From Octopus vulgaris (taxonomy: Eukaryota), in the NCBI GenBank assembly GCA_951406725.2, contig OX597820.1:50902001-50966000 (forward strand): 64,000 bases of DNA, given 5' to 3'. The notes under the pieces are model-generated. The model was not told where the DNA came from and ran no database searches. It worked only from the letters and a program-made list of their open reading frames with translations. Every line of letters starts with the position of its first letter. The stretch's first letter is position 1. Of the stretch, positions 38,845 to 55,475 are shown in pieces. The translations under genes were made by a program, and so were the position numbers.

Positions 38845-40759
38845 TACATTTACATATATACATACACACACACACACACACACACACATATTTATGATAA
38901 CTTTATATGCATGCTTAAATATATGTATATAGCTGTCTGTGTTTATGTATACGAGTACGAGTGTGTGTATACGTAGAACATTCACACACGAACACATATA
39001 TATATATACACACATACCCTTATATGAATGCGTGAATGAATGGGTGGATGAATGGATGGATGGATGAATGAATGGATGGATGGATTGGTTGGTGATTAGT
39101 GAATGCATGCGCTCGTGTGTGTGTGTGTACGTGTATGCATGTGTGTGCGTATATGTGTATCTGTCTGTGTAAGATCATATGTATGTTGTACATATGGCCA
39201 AAATTGAAGTATAAATCTGAAATTCTCCTGGCGTGTAATCGGAGCTGGTGGCTTATCGCGGTGGGAGTAGTAACGCTCTCTGAGTTTGTGTCGGAGTTTC
39301 GTGTTCATGGTGATAGAGTTACAAGTATAAACTGTAGTCATAGCATATGAGCTACACGTGTGCGTGAGTGCATAGAGGCGTGTGAGTGTGCATGTGCGCG
39401 GAGAAAAATTAGTGCCGTGTATACTGTGTGCGTGTGTGTGTGCGCGAGTGTTTGTGTGTTTGTGTGTTTGTGTGTGCGTGTATGTATGCGTGTGCATGTG
39501 TATGTGAGTGTGTTTGTGTGTGTGTATGTGTGTGTGTTTTGTGTATGTGTGTGCATGTGTAACTCTGTGTGTATGTGTGTATGTGGTCATATGTGTCTAT
39601 GTGTAAATCTATGTGTGTACGTGTGTAACTCCGAATGTGTGTGTACGTGTGTGACTCCAAATGTATGTGTGTGTGTGTGTGTGTATTCCCGTGTTTGTGT
39701 GTGTGTGTATGTATGTATATGTTGTTCTGACTATATGTGCATTATAGGTAGAAGGAGTAAAGAAAATATGATAGATTCACCAGAATGAATAGTATTTTGG
39801 CGAGGAAGTTGAAAGGAAGGAAGATAACAGGGGTGACGGTATTGGATGAAAGGAAGGATAGAAGAAAGAAAATAAAAGAGCGAAGGAGTTGGGAGAAATG
39901 AAATGAAGAAGGGCGGAAGGAAGAAAGGAGAGAGAGAGAGATGAGGAGAGAGAGAGAGAGAGAGAGAAATGGGGAGAGAGAAATGGGGAGAGAGAAAGAG
40001 AGGGAGAGATCAATCAATGTGAGGAGAGCGAAAGAGTAGAAGTGGTAAATTGAGAATAGATGTTAAGAGAAGGTAAGAGTAGAGGAGGGATGAAGAAGGC
40101 GTGACTAGTCGCACTAATTATGACTAGCCGTGAGTGAATATATTTCTCCAACATGGATTTTCTAAAACAAGAGTAAGAAGAAAAAGCTTTGCGTAGCGTC
40201 GATTGTGATAAAATAACTCAGAGGTCGGTTTGGTCGGCTTTGTGTATGGAATATAAATATGTTTGAGTAAAAAGAAATATACGGCAGATGTAAAGAAAAG
40301 TAAGGCACAAACGATACAAAGAAAAGAAAGAGAGAGAGAGATAGAGAGAGAGAGAGATAGAGAGAAAAACTAACAGCAGAAAAGTAACAACGGAAAGAAA
40401 AAATTTTGAAAGAGAGAAGGAAAGAAAGATAAGCAGCGAAGTTAAAGGAATGGCAGAGTGAAATATACAAATAAGAGTGAAATATACAAATAACCGCGAG
40501 AATGAGAAGTGAAAACAACGGATTACGATTTATTTACTCGAAACATGGAATTTATCGGTGTGTCTTTTGCAGTTCCTTAACCTTTTATTTATAGTTTTTT
40601 TTTTAATACATATTTTACCGAAATATCAACAAAACAACAACCTCAGTAAACGAATCAAACATACCAAGATATAAAAAAAAAAACCACAATATCTAAATAA
40701 CCAACAAGTTAATGATTAATTTAAATATACTTTGTATAAACGAGAGCAAAAGTTTTTTT

Positions 40760-40816
<57 letters not shown>

Positions 40817-41019
40817 TTATCTATCTATCTACCTATTTATCTATCTATCTATCTATCTACCTATCTATCTATTTATCTACCTACCTACCTACCTACCTAC
40901 CTACTTGCCTACCTCTCTCTCTCTCTCTCTCTCTGTCTGTGTGTCTAATTGCCTCTTTATTTGCCTGTCCATCTGTCCGTCTGTCAGTCTGCCTATCTAT
41001 CTATCTATCTTTCTAACTG

Positions 41020-41051
<32 letters not shown>

Positions 41052-41078
41052 ACTATCTATCTATCTATCCATCCTAAC

Positions 41079-41121
<43 letters not shown>

Positions 41122-41225
41122 ACTGTCTATCTGTCTGTCTGTCGGTTTGTCGGTTTGTTTATTTATTTCTCTATCTACCTGTCCATCCGTCCATCTGTCA
41201 GCCTGTCTGTCTATCTATCTATATA
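40760..41225. repeat. (CTAT)n-rich compound microsatellite
   Basis: Direct reading. Confidence 0.95.
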
Positions 41226-41514
41226 TCTAACACCATCTAGTGAACGATTTAAATATACACCCATGTAGACCCCGTCATAATTAAAATATCTATAAAACAT
41301 AACCCTAAGTAGATTCATTGTAGAATAAAACTAAATGGGTTTGTAAATTTTTACTAAGAGAATAAAAAGATAAAAAGCAAAAGAAGAAAATAATGATTAC
41401 TCTTCACCTGCAACTGTTGTCATTTTCTCTAAACTTACAAATTTGCCAACACCTTCAATCACGATCACACATATATGTTCATACACACACGCGCACACAT
41501 ACACACAGTTATTC

Positions 41515-41545
<31 letters not shown>

Positions 41546-41656
41546 TGTATGTATGTATGTATGTATGTATGTATGTATGTATGTATGTATGTATGTATGT
41601 ACGTATGTATGTATGTATCTATGTATAGGTATATGTACAAACTCATACACAGACAC

Positions 41657-41820
41657 ATAGGCGTGGCTGTGTGGTAAGAAGCTTGCTTCCTTACCACATG
41701 GTTCATGGTTCAGTCCCTCTGCGTCGCAACTTGGGCAAGAGTCTTCTACTATCTATCGTCTTGGGCTGACCATAGCCCTGTGAGCGGATTAGGAAACTGA
41801 AAAGAAGCCAGTCGTCTGTG
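41657..41820 (+). mobile_element. SINE family B, head half
   Basis: GGCGTGGCTGTGTGGTAAGAAGCTTGCTTCC...GGTTCAGTCCC...GGAAACTGAAAAGAAGCC. Confidence 0.8.
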
Positions 41821-41828
41821 TGTATATG

Positions 41829-41880
<52 letters not shown>

Positions 41881-41912
41881 TATATACACACGCACATACA
41901 CGCACACACACG

Positions 41913-41958
<46 letters not shown>

Positions 41959-42435
41959 CACAAACACATGCACTCACATAAACACGTGCACTCGCGCACT
42001 CATGTATGCACACGCACGCATATTGATGATGTTACCGTCTCTACTCCACGTATACAACATGCACATACTTTTAATACTAATACCAATAATATTACTAATG
42101 TATTACTAATGCAAGAACCCAGAAGTATAATATCAAAAAAAAAAAGACGTTCAGACAAATTTACCAAAAAAAAAAAAAAAAACAAAAAAACCAAAAACAA
42201 ACCAACAACAGCGTTTCAACGAAAACGACAATAACAATAAGCAACAGGCACGACAATATCCGTAACGACAACAATAATAGCAACAGCAACAACAACGATA
42301 AATGCAACAAGGAAGGAGAAATGATCGTCTGCCTATTAAATTAGTGACGGTGTGTGAGAAGGGCAAAAAAAAAAATGAAAAAAATTCAGTGGTAAACATT
42401 TATAGCATTTAACTTTTCATTATACATTTCAATAT

Positions 42436-43128
42436 ATCATCACCATCACCACCACCACCACCACCACCACCATCATCATCACCACCACCACCACTATCAT
42501 CCTATTCCTCCACCATCATCACCACCATCATAATCCTAATCATCACCATCATTCATCATCATCATCATCACCATCATCACCATCATTCATCACCATCTTC
42601 ATCATCACCATCATTCATCATCATCATCATCATCATTATCATCATCATCGTCATCATCATCATCGACATCATCAACACTACTATCATCATTACTACCACC
42701 ACCACCACCACCACCACCGCCATCACCGTCATCGTCGCCGTCTTGCCCATTTCCTCTACGATCTCCTCATCTCCACAACCGTCATCACCGCCGTTACGGC
42801 AAACGTCAACGCCACGCCACCTGGATTTATTTTCCCCCTCACCCACGTTTCTTTTCTTCTACTTCTTTTTCTCCTTCCTCGCTCGCCCTCTATATTCTTT
42901 TCCTGCCTCCTTACTTCTGAATACCATCACCGGTGTCACTAAAATCATCTTTGTCATCATCATCATCATCATCATCTTAACAGCATCAACGTCAGCCTCC
43001 TCATCGTCGTCATCTTCGTCGTCATCATCATCATCACCATCATTATCATCATCATTATCTTCCTCATCGCCACTATCAACATTTTCATCGTCGTCGTTGT
43101 CGTCGCCGTCGTCGCGGTCGTCGTAGTC
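42436..43128. repeat. Degenerate (CAT)/(CAC)/(CGT) trinucleotide low-complexity tract
   Basis: Direct reading. Confidence 0.9.
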
Positions 43129-43939
43129 GCCACAGGCTAAAAAGTTATGTGAGTCACTTATATCGTTAATAAATAACTATAACTTTACTCCTCGACCAAC
43201 ACTGCAATAAAAAATACTAACAAAATATAACAAAATAAAATATCGTTCAGCAACTAGGAATAATAACAACAAACAACAACAACAGCAAGAACAACAACAA
43301 AACCATTAGCTACAGCACCACCGAAATATACTAGTCAAACAACCACAAAATCGCATTTACGCTATTGTAAGAAGAAAAGTGGACACATCAGAACATAAAC
43401 ATTATTGCATGTGTAGATAAATAAACAACGAAAGCAAAAATAGACGTGATGGTCGCGGCTGTAGTGCTTTTGATGGTGTAGATCTACTCAATCAAAACTA
43501 GCCTGCTCTAAAAGAACAACTGTAACAATAAAAGCCGTATAACATAGATCAAGCAACAATTTATAAGGAAATTTTGAATAAGACAACAGTAAATCCGCTA
43601 ACAAGTTGGCAGTTTAGAAATAGCAGTCAAATCCCAGTGAAAATCTTAGCCTACACTTTTTGATAAACGGGGCAACTTAGAAGTCAAATAATGTAGTCCT
43701 GAATGTAAAGGCAGGATAGTCTGGGCTGGAGTGTCTTTGATGTAATGTAGCAGCCACTTCACAAACAGATAGGATTCGCCAACTAAATATGATGTAGCAA
43801 ATGTATCTAACTATCTATCTATCTATCTGTCTGCTGTCTATCTATCTATAGATGCATGCATACATATACATATACAAACATACATACCTGTACATATATA
43901 TGTATATCTGTATATGTATGTATATATATGTATACATAT

Positions 43940-44235
<296 letters not shown>

Positions 44236-44615
44236 CAGGGTCCCCTACAGCAAATGCTTTAGTTAGTTATATACCGTAAAAAAATGTTAAGGTATAAAAT
44301 TAATAAAAATGTTAAGGCCCAAACAAATAAATAATAAATAAAGAGTACAAATAAAATGATGCACATAGACACCACAGGAGAAAAGACAATAGAAACTTCT
44401 GCACCAGAAAACAAATAAGCATACGTACAAAAACAACAAACACACCAACAATAATATCAAATCAACAATAACAACTAGTAACACTGCAAACAATTGTAGT
44501 AACTTCCATATGTAACCGTTCAACGTTGACGTTCTTTGAAGTTTCTTTCGCTATTCATTTATTCAATATAGCGTTTATCGCATCATAGTATATACGTCCA
44601 TATCTATCTATCTGT

Positions 44616-44705
<90 letters not shown>

Positions 44706-44740
44706 ATGTATGTATGTATGTATGTATGTATGTATGTATG

Positions 44741-44795
<55 letters not shown>

Positions 44796-44864
44796 ATGTC
44801 TATCTATCTGTCAGTCTGTCTGTCTATAGATTTATACTTTATATATATATATAATATATATATA

Positions 44865-45057
44865 TAGTCATTTGACTGCGGCCATGGTGGAGCACCGGCT
44901 TTAATCTAAGAAATTGTCCCTAGGCCTTATACTTTGCAAGCCCAGTACTTATTCTGTCGGTCGCGTTGGCCAAACCGCTTAAGTTACAGGAGTGTAAACA
45001 CACAAACATAGGTTGTCATGCGATGGAGGGTGACAATTGCAGACCCCACTCCCTACA

Positions 45058-45097
<40 letters not shown>

Positions 45098-45228
45098 GCG
45101 TCTTTCAGTTTCCGTTTACCAAATCCACTTACAAGGCTTTGGTAGGCCTGAGGCTATAGTGGGATACACTTGCCCAAGATGCCACGCAGTGGGACTGAAC
45201 CCGGAATAAAGCTTCTTACCACACAGTC
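44865..45228 (-). mobile_element. SINE family B
   Basis: GTCATTTGACTGCGGCCATGGTGGAGCACC...CAGTGGGACTGAACCCGG..CTTCTTACCACACAG. Confidence 0.82.
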
Positions 45229-45248
45229 ATATACAAACATATAAATAC

Positions 45249-45286
<38 letters not shown>

Positions 45287-45287
45287 A

Positions 45288-45351
<64 letters not shown>

Positions 45352-46587
45352 TGTGTGTATGTGTGTTTGTTGTGTGTAGGTATATATGAATATATATATA
45401 TATATAGCATCAACCCTACTGCCAGTGCATTAGTTAGTTATACACATACTTATTCAGTCACATCTTTATGCATCTTTGTATTTTTTCTGTCTCTATCTGC
45501 CTGTCCGTCACTCTGTCTCTCTATCTGCCTGTCCGTCACTCTGTCTCTCTATCTAATCTATCCATTTGTAAATGTACATGTGTGTATTTTCTTTAACTAT
45601 ATATATATATATATATATAAAACTACGTACGCGTGCTCGGACACACGCACACAAACCCACATACAAACACTCAAACACACAAATACACACACATTCACGC
45701 ACAGTTGTACGCTTATACACATGAGCACACAGCAACATACTATCACTCACTGACGCAGGCCTCTACGGACCTCCATGTGGTTGGCAGATATGCTGGAAAC
45801 AGAAGCCATGTCTATCTCAAATTATGTTCTGTCGTTTCGGGTAAGAAATGAGCACGTTAGTGAATGAAGTCCTTCATAAAAAACACAAGAAAAGCGACTG
45901 ATTACGATTGTGATTCCTTTAATCATATGCCTACTCAATTAGAGTTTACCTCTGGCTTAACAACAACAACAACATCAATAATAACAACTACTACTACAAT
46001 AACAACAACAACAGCATGTATCATACAATCACACTTCGAGGTAGCTACTTCTGCTGGCTAGAAAAAAGCAGGTATATATTTTTCAAATCGGGCCTTACTG
46101 TCTTACAGAAGGCCATATTAGAAAAAAGTGCGTCTAAGTCCCCGGTATAGAGTTAAAATGCTAGCGAAGGTGGTGGTCTCACTCGAATGGCATTGATGAG
46201 AGTTCTTTCTCAATACTGCTGACCTGCAACTAAACAACACTAAAACATACTTTCGATTGTTTAAACTGATTTGTATACAAACTTCGTGTTTTTGCCTGTG
46301 TGTCTAATTGTCTTCATGCGTGTCCCATTTAACTCTTATTTATTTTTTTTCGTTATCTGTCCATCCTCGCATTATTTCGGTATGTGTCAGTTTTATTCCT
46401 CAAACTTTGGTTCTCCTTCTCTCTCCCTCTCCCCCTCTTCAGCTCTCTCTTTCTCTTTATCTGTCACTTCTCTTTTTCGCTCTCTTTGTGTATGTATGTG
46501 TGTGTGTGTGTCACTTTCTCTTTCGACCTCCTTTTATTGCGTTTGACTTTTGCACATACACATCCTCACTCACTCTGTCTCACTCTA

Positions 46588-46625
<38 letters not shown>

Positions 46626-47055
46626 ACTCTCTCCACACACATTTGCCCAGACACAGTTATACACATATACCATTGTACACACATTAATTCTTCAAAGTAA
46701 ATGACATGCGTACCTTTTCTCCCGCCCCTACTGTATCACCCTATCAAAGATTATCATTTTGTGCGACCCTCACACAAATCAGTACACACGCGCCCACACA
46801 AACACACACACACATAGAAACTCACACATACACACACGTTGCACGGTTATATATATAAATACATGAATACACGAACACGCATAAACAGACATTTACGCAT
46901 GCATATATAAACGCATAGACGTTATCACTGAAACATGTCCACACATGCAGGTATGCGCATTCCGGTAGACTGGGATATAGTAAATCTTTCTGGCACTATC
47001 GTTCTCAAATGCGCAAGAAAAGCTTCCGTACACAAACTTACACTCACACACTCAT

Positions 47056-47146
<91 letters not shown>

Positions 47147-47552
47147 CAACACACATTCAAAGATACGTACATATGCACCCTCACATAATTATACACACAC
47201 AGCCACAGATACACATATGTGCACCGTCTTACATATATACATATACAAACACGCTAATATATATATATATATTTCTTTCTTGAGCGTCCAATAATACTAT
47301 ACTTGTTCCACGTCCTCGCGTTATTGTGTTTTCTCTTTGTGTTTTCATGTTTGGTTTAAAACTATATATATACTCATTCTTGCTTTCTTTCTCACCCATA
47401 TTCTTATTAAAAATATATTTTACTTCACATGTTATCATGCAAAACACAAACACACATGTTCGGGTGGCACGGAGTTACATTTAACGATACGCATAAGCAC
47501 ATACATATCTATATACACAAAAGTTACCCAAACTGATTGACACAAACGTATA

Positions 47553-47614
<62 letters not shown>

Positions 47615-47617
<3 letters not shown>

Positions 47618-47850
47618 AGGCGCGTAGCTTAGCGGTTAGGCTGTTAGCATCATGATCGTAAGATTGTGGTTTCGATTCCTGGACCGAGCGACGCGTTGTG
47701 TTCTTGAGCAAATCACTTCATTTCACGTTGCTCCAGTCCACTCACCTGGCAATAAGGAATAAAGCTGCGATGGACTGGCGTCCCGTCCAGCTTGGGAACA
47801 CATACGCCGTAGAAACCGAGAAACCGGGCCCATGAGCCTGGCTAGGCTTT
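47615..47850 (+). mobile_element. tRNA-derived SINE family C with V-SINE-like domain
   Basis: GGCGCGTAGCTTAGCGGTTAGG (A box), GGTTTCGATTCC (B box), CTGCGATGGACTGGCGTCCCGTCCAG...AGAAACCG (V-domain-like). Confidence 0.75.
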
Positions 47851-47859
47851 TATTTATTT

Positions 47860-47900
<41 letters not shown>

Positions 47901-48319
47901 ACGTTAAACTCTTCCACGTTCACATAGATATACATTATTTACATACTCTGTATGTATATGTATGAACACTTCTAGGAAACAACTAAAGTTTATTTGAATA
48001 TACCCCGTAGGAAACAAATTAAAATCTCGAGCATTTAAAGGCCTCTGAATGTATTAGCTCAACTTTTTAGGAAAAGATCTTCAAATCGCAACCCATTTTC
48101 TTTCCCACAAATCGCAAACCATTTTTTGTTTTTACTATTGGAAGCATTCGATAATGTAGTCCTGAATTTTCTGAACCGAGAAAAGTGCAGGCTTGTCACT
48201 GTTGGAATGCTTTTGACCATAGGTTTTTCGCGTGCAAATCTGGCCTGGGACTAAAGTGATGTTTCTGTGCGTATGTGTTGTTAAGAAAATCGCCTTGCAA
48301 CTACGTCGCTTTCGTGTTC

Positions 48320-48660
48320 AGTCCTACTGCCCAGTACCTTCGAAAAGCAAGTGCCGTCTGGGACGGCCAATGCTTTGTGAGAGAATTTGTTAGATGGAAA
48401 CTGTGTGGAAGCCCGTCATATGTGTGTCTGTCAACCGGATTGTGTGTGCTTGAGCATATTTGCGCTCGTGTTTGCCCAACCACACCAACTTGACAACCGG
48501 TGACCTTTTGATTACGTTCCGATCATTTAGATGCCGCTTTAATAACTATTACACTTCAAGGATAAGTACAAGTGTGTATTTGTTCATCTAAAACCCTTGT
48601 AAGCGTTGCTCCAGAATGGCCGTAGCCAAATAATTGAAACAAGTAAAAGATAAAAAAATC
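48320..48660 (+). mobile_element. SINE family B, older diverged copy
   Basis: TTTGTGAGAGAATTTGTTAGATGGAAACTG..GAAGCCCGTC...CTTGACAACCGG...GCTCCAGAATGGCCG...GAAACAAGTAAAAG. Confidence 0.7.
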
Positions 48661-48766
48661 ATACAAACACGAATACATACACGTATAATATCTACTTACA
48701 CACGAACATACCCACATGTATACAAATGTACATGCATGCATATATGTATGTATATGTATACATATA

Positions 48767-48827
<61 letters not shown>

Positions 48828-49029
48828 GTATATATACATATACATAAATACACATATATATATATCATAAAACATAGAGGCATATCTATATGCATACGCA
48901 TACACAAGATCAATGACTTCCATGTAAGCATTCTTCTGATACACACACACTGGCATGCCAAGAAAAATTAATGAGTTTCCTTTACAATTATGCAATACTA
49001 TACTGTTATCAACAATTACATAAACGTTG

Positions 49030-49100
<71 letters not shown>

Positions 49101-50003
49101 CCTAGTTGTGTTTAAATTATGTATAGCAAGTAGAAGGGTGTTGTGAAATTCTTCGACTCCGAACACTTGCCCAGTACTTAATGAAGCGGCCCTTAATGAA
49201 ACGGCCCTTAATGAAGCGATGTTGACCTCGGCCGGATTTGAAATCACGGTGAGAAAAGCCGGGGCGCTATACCGCAGTCTAATACGCTCAATCCTGCAAC
49301 ATATATTGTAATGTTTTCTGAGTGATTACTCTAAAGTATGTGATGACGTGTGTTTTGACCTGTCATTTTTGTCTTTCTTTTTGTTCTTGTTTATTTTTCT
49401 ATAGCTGTTATAACGCACACTTCTGTTTGATGGATGCGGTTTACATTTGCAATACCTTCATTGATAAACCGCATCTCTCCACCTCCTAGCCACTATCAAG
49501 GCGTTTTACGATCACTCACTTTCTTTGTCGATGTATGTATGTATGTATATATGCATGCATACCTGTATGTATTTATGTAGCATGTATGCATGCATGGATG
49601 TATGCATACATGTATAAATGAATGTGTAACTATAAGTATATGTAGTTAATGTATGTATGTGTGTGTATATGCTCATATATACGTATGCATGATTGTATGC
49701 GCGCACGAGAGAGTGTATATTTGTGTGTGTGGGAGCGTGTCTCATGGGGGTTTTTTTCAAAAAATATTCTATTTTCTTTTACAATAAATTATTTCAGATT
49801 CTTGTTTCCCCCTTTCTCGCTTCCTATATATATATATATATATATATATTTATCTGTCTATCTACATGCCTATTTATTTCTTCTACGTATTTACCTATAC
49901 ATTGCAAACACACACATACACACAAAAAAATACACGCGCACACACATACACCCACCCACACTCATATGTATACATAAATATATGTGCGTTTCTGTGTTCA
50001 TGC

Positions 50004-50097
<94 letters not shown>

Positions 50098-50614
50098 TAA
50101 TATACATACATATATACATATAATATATATATATATATATACATACATATATAATTGCATATATAAATATGTATATATATACATCTATATACATACACAT
50201 ATACGCTTATATATACATATATATACATTTATACATATATAGATGTATGTGTGTATGTGTTTGCGCGCGTGTGTCTGTATGTGTGTGTGTGTGTGGTGTG
50301 TGTGTGTGTGTGGGTGTGTGTGGGTGTGTGTGTGTATGTGTGTGTGTGTGATTTCTTCCTTGGTGCACTCTTTTATTCTTTACTTTACATACATCATTAT
50401 TTTCAAATCTGCATTCAAACAGTGTCTTTTATCTCCACCTTTTACACCATTTTCATCTCCTGAAAAGTATTTCGTTCATCCTGCTTACTATCTTTTACAT
50501 TTTCTTTTGAGGTTTTCTTTTATTTTCGTAATTCTTGTTTGTTATTATTCCTTGTATCTTATTTCTTCTCCCTGGTTTTAACTTTTCCTATTTCGCGTTG
50601 TGTTTATTTGATCC

Positions 50615-50654
<40 letters not shown>

Positions 50655-50998
50655 TAGAAGATTCTTTTCAATTTCTCCGTAATTCATTCACAAACTTCAG
50701 ATCACTTCTATCTGGCTTCCCTTTCGTTTTACTTTCTTTCATTTTCCTAAACTACAGTTTATCTCCTAACATACATGAATATATTTAAACACTGTGACAT
50801 CGGAGTATATATGTGTGTATGTATGCGTGTGCATGCGTGCGCGTCGGTGAATGTTTGTATGTGTGTGTGTGTTAAAGAAGACGAGAATGAATATTTAAAC
50901 ACGCATATGAAAAACTATAGATAGAAGCAATTATATACCTACATTTACGCCCACCTACATACGTACATGCCTCTGTGTGTGTGCGTGTGTGATTGTGC

Positions 50999-51040
<42 letters not shown>

Positions 51041-51120
51041 GTTTGCGTGCATGTTTTATAATGTCTATACGTACATGTATGCGAGTGAGAGTGAGTTTCA
51101 GTACGTGTTGTTTATGTTTT

Positions 51121-51165
51121 GCTTAATTTGTTCAAGCGCTCACAAACCTCTTTTGCATATTGCAG
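51121..51165 (+). promoter_or_regulatory. Putative branch point, pyrimidine tract and 3' splice acceptor upstream of the HS3ST ATG (implies an upstream non-coding exon)
   Basis: GCTTAAT (51121-51127) ... CCTCTTTTGCATATTGCAG| (AG at 51164-51165), at the transition from microsatellite to complex sequence. Confidence 0.5.
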
Positions 51166-51255
51166 TTTCCCAAGCAACCAACACGCAGTTTTATTAGTCT
51201 CCTTGGCCGTGAAGCCAGCAAACGTCCAGCAATGAGCGATGGACTCTGCAAATAG

Positions 51256-52790
<1,535 letters not shown>

Positions 52791-53068
52791 ACAGGATTCC
52801 TTAACTATCTCTTTTATTATTGATATTTATTTACTATTCCCATAAAGAACAGTTTTAACTAAAATCACAATATTTGATACGGTGATTTGCGAACGTATAT
52901 ATTGAGATTGAATTATTTGTCACATGAGCAAGAATGTCGCATTGAATTGCTTCCGCATGTAATACACAAGCTGCCAACCTGCATATTATTCAAGAATGTA
53001 TGTATATCGATGCCTATGTGTGTATTTGCGTATTAATGGATGTATGTAACTGTACATGTTAGCACGTA

Positions 53069-53110
<42 letters not shown>

Positions 53111-53344
53111 ACGTATATACACACATATTTATGTGCATACGTACACATAAACAAACATACACACATATGTTTCTATGATATATCTTCAATTTTGGTGTAT
53201 ATAAAAGCACATGGTCTTTGTGTTCTTTCCTTCAATCTAAAACTGTTCGCAGGCTCGAAAATAGTGAGATTTGAAAGCGAAATACGAGGAAAAGATTCTA
53301 TGAAAAATCAGCGTTTTTCATATAGTGACTTAATGCAAGCAAAG

Positions 53345-53535
53345 TAGTTAGCTGGTAGAAACTTTAGCACACCGGGCGAAATGCTTGGCAGTATTTCGTC
53401 TGTCTTTAAGTTCTGAGTTCAAATTCCGCCGACGTTGACTTTGACTTTCATCCTCTCGGGGTCGATAAATTAAGCTCTACTAAACTGGTAACCTCCCCAA
53501 GAATTGCGGGTCTTGAGCTTAGAGTAGAAAATAAT
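53345..53535 (+). mobile_element. SINE family A (in HS3ST intron)
   Basis: GCTGGTAGAAACTTTAGCACACCGGGCGAAATGCTT...GAGTTCAAATTCCGCCGA..TTGACTTTGACTTTCATCCTCTCGGGGTCGATAAATTAAG. Confidence 0.82.
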
Positions 53536-53911
53536 ATTCTAAGGCAAGTCAAAATCTTTACACAGGTATGCGATAGTGACAAAAAAGGAATATGTCTAAA
53601 TAATAAAGTTCCAAAATGGTGCAGTGATGATTACAGTGAAAAAAACCCCAAAAAACTAGAGAGATAAAGAGAGGCTGTGCAAAGGAGACAATGGGAGAAT
53701 GAGAGAAGCAGAGAGACCGAAGTGAATCAAAGAAAGCGTGTGATATATAGTTTTTCGAAAGATGATGTCGAAAATTGCTAATAAAAAGAAGTTTAATGTG
53801 AAATTACTTTCAATTAAGAAATTCGTTTGTGTATATAGACATATAGGTCATATATACAAGTGTACTTTCGAATTGTAGGTTTATACATACATACATACAT
53901 GCATACATACT

Positions 53912-53958
<47 letters not shown>

Positions 53959-54254
53959 TCTCACACACATTTACTCCCCTACTTGCTGAAGATCAAATCT
54001 CTTGAGCACTAGATGTGTATTCTATATCAATAATTACTGTCTCTAATCTATAAACTAAATATATGTGCGTATGCGTGTGTTGTGTGTGTGCGTGCGTGTG
54101 TATATATATATGCATTATATATATATGTATATGAATTCATACATACATACACACATAGACACATATGTACAGATATGTATGTGCGTATCCGTGCATCAGT
54201 GTATTGGTAGATACAGGAATCTCGTTTTAGGCGTTATATTTGAATTATCGTATA

Positions 54255-54452
54255 CAGGAGGCGATCTGGATGTAACGCTTAGCGGCATTTCGTCCATCAG
54301 TACGTTCTGAGTTCAAATTCCGCCGAGGTCGACTTTGCCTTTCATCCGATTCGGGGTGGATAAATTAAGCACCGGCTGGACACTGGGAGCTGATGAAACC
54401 AACTTAAACCTTCCCTCAAATTTTATAGCTTTGTGCTAAAATTTGAAACTAA
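54255..54452 (+). mobile_element. SINE family A (in HS3ST intron)
   Basis: GAGTTCAAATTCCGCCGAGGTCGACTTTGCCTTTCATCCGATTCGGGGTGGATAAATTAAG...AAAATTTGAAAC. Confidence 0.82.
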
Positions 54453-54578
54453 TATTTCTTTCTACTATTCCTCTGAATATGAAATTTTCTCTCTTTAGCT
54501 GAGTTCACTGTTGAGGTTTAGATGAAAATTTTACTTTTGTTACATCTACGAGTTACCTATTTCTATCAAACTGTTTGC

Positions 54579-54615
<37 letters not shown>

Positions 54616-55292
54616 CTTTTACGGATGTACCTGCTTCAGTTCCACGTGATGTGACTTGACTGCACCTACAGTACAAATCCATTGTAATTCATTTAAATTT
54701 ATCTCGTTTAGGGAAATTTCGAATCGCTTCTCCTTCGTACGACTATAGAGTCGAAAGTCTTTAACATTTAGGACTTTGAAAATCGCGTTTCCGCTCAATT
54801 ATTTAAAATTATTTGCGCTAAATGCTTTAAGTGGAATTATTTGAATGTGGTGGTAATCAGTCTGTTTTTACATCGTACCAAAGTATTTCATAGGCAGTAT
54901 AGTAAATTGTATAATATACAGTTACATTTTTGTATATTTTTAAAAGTGGTACACGTAATCTTCGGAATCAAATTTAGTGCACTGTGCATAGTTAATTTTA
55001 TTTTGTCATTGTCTCGGCGTTATCTAGGAATATTATGTGGTAGTTTTGTGTTGTTTCAGAAAGATTGTCTTCTGGATTACTGCATATATTTGAAAATGAA
55101 GAAATTTTCTATTAATAATTTGAGTATCACTTACAGATACTTACCACGAGCCTCTTATACAATATACGCTATGCTGTGATTCAGAAACTTTTATCATTAT
55201 TCTAAAACTGTGTGTGTAGCTGTTGTAATATAAGATGTGATGGTGATGTTGCTTTTATTTTATAGTAGTTATTATAATTGTTGAGGTGAAAA

Positions 55293-55475
55293 GTGGCGCG
55301 CTGGCAGAACCGTTATCACGCCTGGATAAAATACTTAACAGCCTTTCTTCCTGCTTTACGTTCAAATTCTGTTGAAGTCGACTTTGACTCTCAGAGTTAA
55401 TAAAATAAATACCAGTCAACTATTGTGGACTTCCTCTCAAAACCTGCTGTCTCAGTGCTAGAATTAGAAACCATT
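55293..55475 (+). mobile_element. SINE family A, diverged
   Basis: GGCGCGCTGGCAGAACCGTTA...TTCAAATTCTGTTGAAGTCGACTTTG...AATTAGAAACC. Confidence 0.7.
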
